From positions 434,001 to 498,000 of the forward strand of contig JANHCV010000003.1 of assembly GCA_025594325.1 (NCBI GenBank): a stretch of DNA of 64,000 bases, given 5' to 3'. Positions within the stretch are counted from its first letter, which is position 1; each line of letters begins with the position of its first letter. Source of the stretch: Blastocladiella emersonii ATCC 22665 (lineage: Eukaryota; Fungi; Blastocladiomycota). Of this stretch, positions 58,566 through 64,000 are shown piece after piece. The position numbers and the translations under genes are program-made. Below the pieces are notes generated by a model. That model worked only from the letters and a program-made list of their open reading frames with translations, was not told the DNA's origin and did no database searches.

Positions 58566-60398
58566 TCACGAAGCCGCGGACGGCGCGCCGACCCGTGGCG
58601 TCTTGACCGACGGTGCAGGCGACCCGGTCCCCGCAGCCGCCGGCGACGGCGGCCCCGTACTTCCCCACCGCAGCGGGCTCTTATGGCTCGGCAGCGACGG
58701 CACGGGCGGGATCGGCGGCACGTCGGGCGCGTCGCCCATGCTCTGCAGCACCAGGTCGAGGTCGTCGAGCAGGTTGTCCATCTGCGCCGCCATCACCGAC
58801 TTGCGCCGGCGCCCGTTCGACCCGAGGTACGCCGGCGCGCTCGCCGACGTGTCGATGGTCCCCGCCGACGACGCCTGCGACATGATCGAGAACGGCCGCG
58901 ACCCCGACGGCGACCGCGTGTACCCGCCCGTGTGCGAGGCCGACGTGGGGGACCGTGGCGCCGACACGGGCGACGCGCCGAAGATGCTCGTCGGCCGCGG
59001 GAGCGCGCGGTTGGACGTGGACGTCGGGAGCGCGGCGACCAGGTCCTCGATCCGCGACGGCATCATGCGCGGCGTGCCGGGTGCCGGGCCGACGCTCCGG
59101 CTGCGCGGCGCGGCGTTCGCCGGGGAGCGACCGACCGACGGCGACGACGTGTACCCGAGCGCGTGGTTGCGCGAGCTCATCGACAGGTGCGTCGGCGACG
59201 GCAGCAGGTCGCCGCTATCCTCGTCGTACCCGCCGCCGGCGCCGATCGCGAGCCGCGTCGAGCCCTGCGGCGTCGGCACGAACAGCGACTTGGTCCGCGT
59301 GCGCCGCGGCAGATCGACGCCGCTATCGCTCGTGTCGCCACGGGACCGGCCGCGGCCCGAGTCGTACTCGTCCATCTCATCGTGATGGTGGTGGCGCGAC
59401 TGCGGAGCCGGGATGGGGGGCGGGCGGTCGCGCATCCCGCCGCTCGGCGCAATCAGCGCCATGGGCGCGGTCGGCGCGGCGCGCGGGACGAGCGACCCAG
59501 TGCTGCTGTGCGTCGGCGAGAGCGGCGGCGACGGCGGTGCGCGGTGGTGCCCCGACACGATGCTGCCGGCGTCGCTGAGGCTCGGGCGCCGTGGGCCGCC
59601 GCCGACGGACCGTGGGCCGCTCTGCAGCGCGGGATACCGGAAGTTGGATCCGGCGTACTCGGACCCGGCAGCGCTGCGGCCGCCGTACATGCTGGTGCCC
59701 GCGGCGCCGCTGTCGCCGCCGTAGTAGCCGGTCGTGTACACGGACGCGCCCTCGGCGGCGGACGCGATGGTCGGCGTGTGGATCGACGAGGTGGCCGAGT
59801 TGGTGCGGCTGCGGTTGCCGTTGGACGGGGCCGGCGGAGCGAGGCCAACGCCCGCGGACGGGATCGTGGCGCCAGCGGCGGCGGCCGGGTAGTTGGTGAA
59901 GGACGAGCTGATGAGGTTGAGTGCGGGCTCGGTGCCGTGCTTGAGCCAGGCGAGCATGGCCTTGATGGCGTTGACCCACATGCGCAGCGACTCGGGCGAG
60001 TGGGCGTCGATCTCGAGCACCTTGGCCGGCTTGGACGTGGGCCGCGGCGCGAGCGGGTCCTTGGTCACGGCCACGTTGAGCAGCTGGATGATGGTGCCGC
60101 CGTGTGCGGCGCGGGTTGGCGACGTCCCAAAGGCGCCGCCGACGGACGCATCGCCGTCGCGCACGCGCGCCGACGCCTCGTCGCTGAAGTTGATGCGCGC
60201 GACACACTTGCGCGGGTCCGACGTGTCGTTGGACGGGTACAGCGACAAGTACGGCACGCCCACCTCGAGCACGCCGTAGTACAGCCGCCACTTGGCGCCC
60301 GCGAGCCGGAACCGGCTCCGCGGCTCTTGCACGAGCAGCGGCCCGTTGGCGAGCAGCCGGCGGACCATGTTCAAGTGGTTGGCGAGCAAGTCCCGCAA
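58566..60398 (-). CDS. PH-domain protein with a long Ser/Pro-rich tail (start uncertain)
   Basis: KWRLYYGVL...LSLYPS...LEIDAHSPESLRMWVNAIK, followed by low-complexity sequence. Confidence 0.7.
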   Translation of the reverse strand: MRDLLANHLNMVRRLLANGPLLVQEPRSRFRLAGAKWRLYYGVLEVGVPYLSLYPSNDTSDPRKCVARINFSDEASARVRDGDASVGGAFGTSPTRAAHGGTIIQLLNVAVTKDPLAPRPTSKPAKVLEIDAHSPESLRMWVNAIKAMLAWLKHGTEPALNLISSSFTNYPAAAAGATIPSAGVGLAPPAPSNGNRSRTNSATSSIHTPTIASAAEGASVYTTGYYGGDSGAAGTSMYGGRSAAGSEYAGSNFRYPALQSGPRSVGGGPRRPSLSDAGSIVSGHHRAPPSPPLSPTHSSTGSLVPRAAPTAPMALIAPSGGMRDRPPPIPAPQSRHHHHDEMDEYDSGRGRSRGDTSDSGVDLPRRTRTKSLFVPTPQGSTRLAIGAGGGYDEDSGDLLPSPTHLSMSSRNHALGYTSSPSVGRSPANAAPRSRSVGPAPGTPRMMPSRIEDLVAALPTSTSNRALPRPTSIFGASPVSAPRSPTSASHTGGYTRSPSGSRPFSIMSQASSAGTIDTSASAPAYLGSNGRRRKSVMAAQMDNLLDDLDLVLQSMGDAPDVPPIPPVPSLPSHKSPLRWGSTGPPSPAAAGTGSPAPSVKTPRVGAPSAAS

Positions 60399-60905
60399 AG
60401 TCGTTGATTCGGCGGCCGTCGTGGAGGGCGGCCCTGCGTGAGCTAGTTACGTGATAGCACGACGATGGAGGAGGAGGGAGCCCGTGATCGGCCAGGGCCG
60501 CTGTGCGAAGGGAGAGGAGGGACGGCGGATGATAAAAAGTGGTGGCGTAAAAGTCGTTGATGCTGGCGCAGGTGCCACACCCCGGCGTGATTGGCTAGGC
60601 GCCGATCGCCACCCACGTGCGATGTAATGAAGTTTCCGCCGTCACCTATTTTCGGCGGAGAGGGCACTGTCTCCCCGGTGTCTCGCACCGCACACGTGAG
60701 GGGGCGACGCGTCCCTGCCGCCGGCCTCTGCCCATGTGTGTGTGAAAACGGGCGACGCGCGCCGCAACGCATACGCGATCTCGCCCCGCTCCCCGCTCCG
60801 CTCTCCTCGGATCGCCCGCTGCTGGACTCTACGCATCGACACCCTGATCATCGAATACCCAACACCACCGAATACGACGACCGCGAAGCGACGACCACCG
60901 CCACC

Positions 60906-62757
60906 ATGACCGACTCGAGCCTGCACTCGCTCAGCGAGAAGGCGCTGCTCATGCTGGCGCTCATCCTGCTGGCGTTCAACATTGCCGGATGGATGAAGAA
61001 GCGCGAGTTCAAGTACTTTGGCGAGACGGCCATGTTCATCTCCGTCGGTGCGGATCCGCGCGTCGTCTGCCGCCTCGATCGTCGTGACTGACGTACCGCA
61101 TCACATGTAGGACTCGGCACGAGTATCATCTTCCGGCTCATGTACGCGCTGATCGGCGGCGACTCCAACATCCTCAAGGATGTGCAGCTGTCGACGAGCT
61201 TCTTCTACATGGTCCTGCTCCCGCCCATCATCTTCGAGGTACGCTTGCCCGCTCGCCGCTCCCCGAAACGCCCGCGAGACTAACCCCCGATCAATTGCGC
61301 GAGTGTAGGGAGGGTACAGCGTGCACCGGATGCTCTTCTTCAAGAACGTGCCGACGATCCTCAGTCTCGCGTTTGCCGGCGGCGTCTTCTCGACGGTGGT
61401 CATCGCCATCATCATGTACATCTGCACGTCGGTGATGACGACGCCGCTGTCCATGATCGAGGCGCTCATCTTCGGGTCGCTCATCTCGTCGACGGACCCC
61501 GTCAGCATCCTGGCGATGCTGCCGCGCGAGACGGACCGGACCCTGTACATCATGATCTTTGGCGAGTCGGCGCTCAACGACGCCGTGTCCATCATCCTGT
61601 ACCGGTTCTTCTCGACGTTTGCCGCGCCCGAAATGGGCAAGCTCACGTTCGGCACCTTCCTGCTGTCGGTGCTCAGCTCCATCTGGGTGTTTGCCGGGTC
61701 GCTCATCACGGGGGTCGTGGTCGCGCTGCTGTTCGCCAAGCTGACCAAGCACCAGAAGCTGACGCACGAGGCCGAGACGTACGAGGTGATCATGCTGCTC
61801 GTCTTCGCCTACTCGTCGTACCTGCTGGCCGAGATCCTCGGGCTGACGGGCATCATCAGCGTCTTCTTCGCGGGCGTCGCCATGGCGCACTACGCGAAGC
61901 CCAACCTCACGAGCACGTCCAACATGATCTCCAAGCACGCGCTGCGCGTCTTCTCGGCCATGTGCGACTCGTTCATCTTCATGTACCTCGGCATGGGTCT
62001 GCTGGCGTTCCCCAAGGCCAAGTACGTGCCGTACGTGATCATCAGCGCCATCGCCGCCATCGCCGCGGGCCGGTGCCACGTTTTCCTCATCTGCGGCATG
62101 CAGAACCTGGCCTCGCGCACGTCCTCGACCATCGCCCGCGTCCCTTTTGCCCACCAGCTGTTCCTGTGGTTCTCGGGCCTCCGCGGCGCCGTCGCCTTTG
62201 CCCTCGCCGTCCAGCTCCTCGACAACCACGACCTCTCCGAGTACGCGCGCAGCACCATCTTCGGCACTGCCATCATCGTCATCGTGACCACCGTGTTCGG
62301 GCTCAACATCCTGACCCCGATCCTCATCGAGAAGCTCCCCATCACCGACAGCTCCGCAGCCGCCGCGACCGCCGGTTCGGGCGGGCACGGTGGCGACGAC
62401 GACGCGTCGTCCGAGGCCGGCGACGAGGCCCTCGACGAGTCCGAGATCCCGCCCGGCTTCTTCGGCTGGGCGTACCGCCTCGACCGCGACCGCATCCGCC
62501 CCTTCTTCACCAACCTGCAGAACGGCGGCCGCGGGCGCACGCCCGTCGGCGGCCACGACCACGGCAGCACCGCCGCCGGCCGGTACGCGCAGGTCGGCAC
62601 CGGCGAGGGGATCAACCTCGACGACCTCACGGACGGCGACGTGGTTTCGCTTACGGCGCCGCCTAGCAAGGTTGGCGACGAGTTTGGTGGGAAGAAGGAT
62701 GTGGCGGAGGTCGCGGCGACGGGCGCGATCCGGAGTAACGCTGCCATGAGCGACTGA
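60906..62757 (+). CDS. Endomembrane Na+/H+ exchanger (CPA1, NHX1/NHE8-like), 2 introns
   Basis: FFYMVLLPPIIFE|GGY, FGSLISSTDPVSIL, IFGESALNDAVSIIL, WFSGLRGAVAFAL. Confidence 0.93.
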
Positions 62758-63171
62758 GTTGTTTTGTGTGGGCGGGCGCGAGAGGGCCGGTAGGCTGCGA
62801 CGATACATGCGTTTCTGTATGCGTCGCATTGTCCTCGCCCCGTCTCGATCTGTTGAGGCCGCGGGAGGCGCGCCTCGACCTGGCACTCAACAGCGCGCGA
62901 GGAACACAGCCGTGAGGCGCTAAACGACAAGCACGATGCGCTCGAGCGAACGAAGCGTTGACGCGCGCGAACAACGCAACGCGAGACGCGTCCACCTCAC
63001 CTGATGTGGTTTCAGTTCAGCCTCTCACTCCACTCCACTCCTCCTCCCTCTCGCGAGACACTCGGATTGAAGAACCGTGGTTTTTGTATTCAAATCACGC
63101 TAAAAGAAACCGAGAAACTGTACAATGGCCGCGCGCGCACGGGCGACGGCAGCCGAGGCGGGCGGGCGGGC

Positions 63172-63764
63172 CTAGTGCTCGAGCGACTTGAGCAGCTCCT
63201 GGTCCCACAGGTACAGGCCGAGGCCGTCGGCGCCGACGCGGTTGAGCTGCGTGAGCATGTCGGACAGCTTCTTGATGGCCTCGACCTGCTCGTTGAGGAA
63301 GTTGCCCTCGATGAAGTCGCAGAACTGCGGGTCCGAGTTGGAGTCGGCGAAGCCGTGCAGCTTGAGGAGCGCCTTGTTGACCTGTAGGAAGCGGACGGAC
63401 GGGATAGTTAGCGTCATGCTGGTGGGAATGTGGGCGGTGAGAAGCGACGCACCTCCTTCTCGAGGTTGAGGGTGAACTCGACCGCGTTCTTGGCCGACCC
63501 CCACTCGACCTCGGGCGCGACAATCGACTGCAGGACCACCTTGCCGCCGCGCATGTTCATGTAGTCGATCATCATCTGGGCGTGCTCGCGCTCCTCGTCG
63601 GAAGAAACTTTGAAGAACTTGGCCAGTCCAGGGAGGGCCTGATCGGCCCTCTGGAAGTAGGAATGCATGCTGAGGTAAATGTGCGACGCCTTGAGCTCCA
63701 TGTTCAGCTGGACGTTGAGCCCCTCCTCCGAGGCGGCGGCGTAGTTCTGGCGGGCGAGCGACAT
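63172..63764 (-). CDS. Ferritin (H-type ferroxidase centre), 1 intron
   Basis: RQNY...QLNMELKASHIYLSM, DEEREHA, RGGKVVL, LEKE|VN, DPQFCDFIE..FLNEQVEAIK, LGLYLWD. Confidence 0.96.
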
Positions 63765-63852
63765 GTTGTTGATGATGGTAGATGCGTAGCAGAAGAGTGA
63801 AGTTGCTTCGTTGTGGAGAGAGAGGAGAGGGAGAGCGAGGGCCCGGCCGCTC

Positions 63853-63858
63853 TTTATA
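63853..63858 (-). promoter_or_regulatory. Putative TATA box of ferritin
   Basis: TATAAA on the minus strand ~90 bp upstream of the ATG, followed by a CT-rich leader. Confidence 0.5.
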
Positions 63859-64000
63859 CCCTCCCTCGCCTGGTCTCGGATCCGGCAACGCGGGCGCGGA
63901 TGGGCGACGGAAACACGGCAACGGCAACGGCAGCGGGGAAGCGAAGCGGCGCGCGCTGGTCATCGAGGCGGAGCGAAGTCAAGCCCTGCCGACCCCGATC

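Noticed and set aside
37032-62886. Long overlapping or antisense ORFs (e.g. 37032-38903, 41938-43452, 54439-56505, 58533-60407, 61291-62886)
   Set aside because: They are shadow frames of real genes caused by extreme GC3 bias: Arg/Gly/Ala-rich with no motifs.
43537-63060. Recurrent GCGAGAC/GTCTCGC motif in intergenic DNA
   Set aside because: It is expected many times by chance at this GC content, and I cannot show enrichment without a count against background.
63765-63860. IRE in the ferritin 5' leader
   Set aside because: There is no CAGUGN loop, only a 4-bp GAAG/CTTC hairpin.
1-64000. tRNA, rRNA or telomeric repeats
   Set aside because: I recognised none by eye. tRNAscan-SE or Infernal would be needed to exclude small ncRNAs.

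Overview
High-GC eukaryotic DNA with short GT(ACG)..CT(G/A)AC..YAG introns. Flagellar genes (DRC10, CFAP44), ferritin and the gene style point to a zoosporic fungus, possibly Blastocladiomycota (inference). The window has two halves. Bases 1-33,300 are transposon- and pseudogene-rich. They hold an unclassified ~3.9-kb TIR element with TGGATCCA subterminal arrays and intron-rich cargo, and a full-length Ty1/copia element whose LTRs end AG...CT instead of TG...CA and carry a perfect 5-bp TSD. They also hold a DIRS retroelement with complete cis ends but no recognisable tyrosine recombinase, an apparently intact PIF/Harbinger that directly abuts it, and several gene relics. Sister repeat copies differ almost only by CpG transitions, and both RT YxDD motifs read YxDN. 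Bases 33,600-64,000 are gene-dense and intact: SARAF, TIM8, LYR protein, acetyl-CoA synthetase, SYF2, BTB protein, NMD3, DRC10, CFAP44, tandem-UBC E2, NAA15, SSAT-like GNAT, PH protein, Na+/H+ exchanger and ferritin. All calls are by eye; no searches were run, and coordinates of intron-containing genes are spans.
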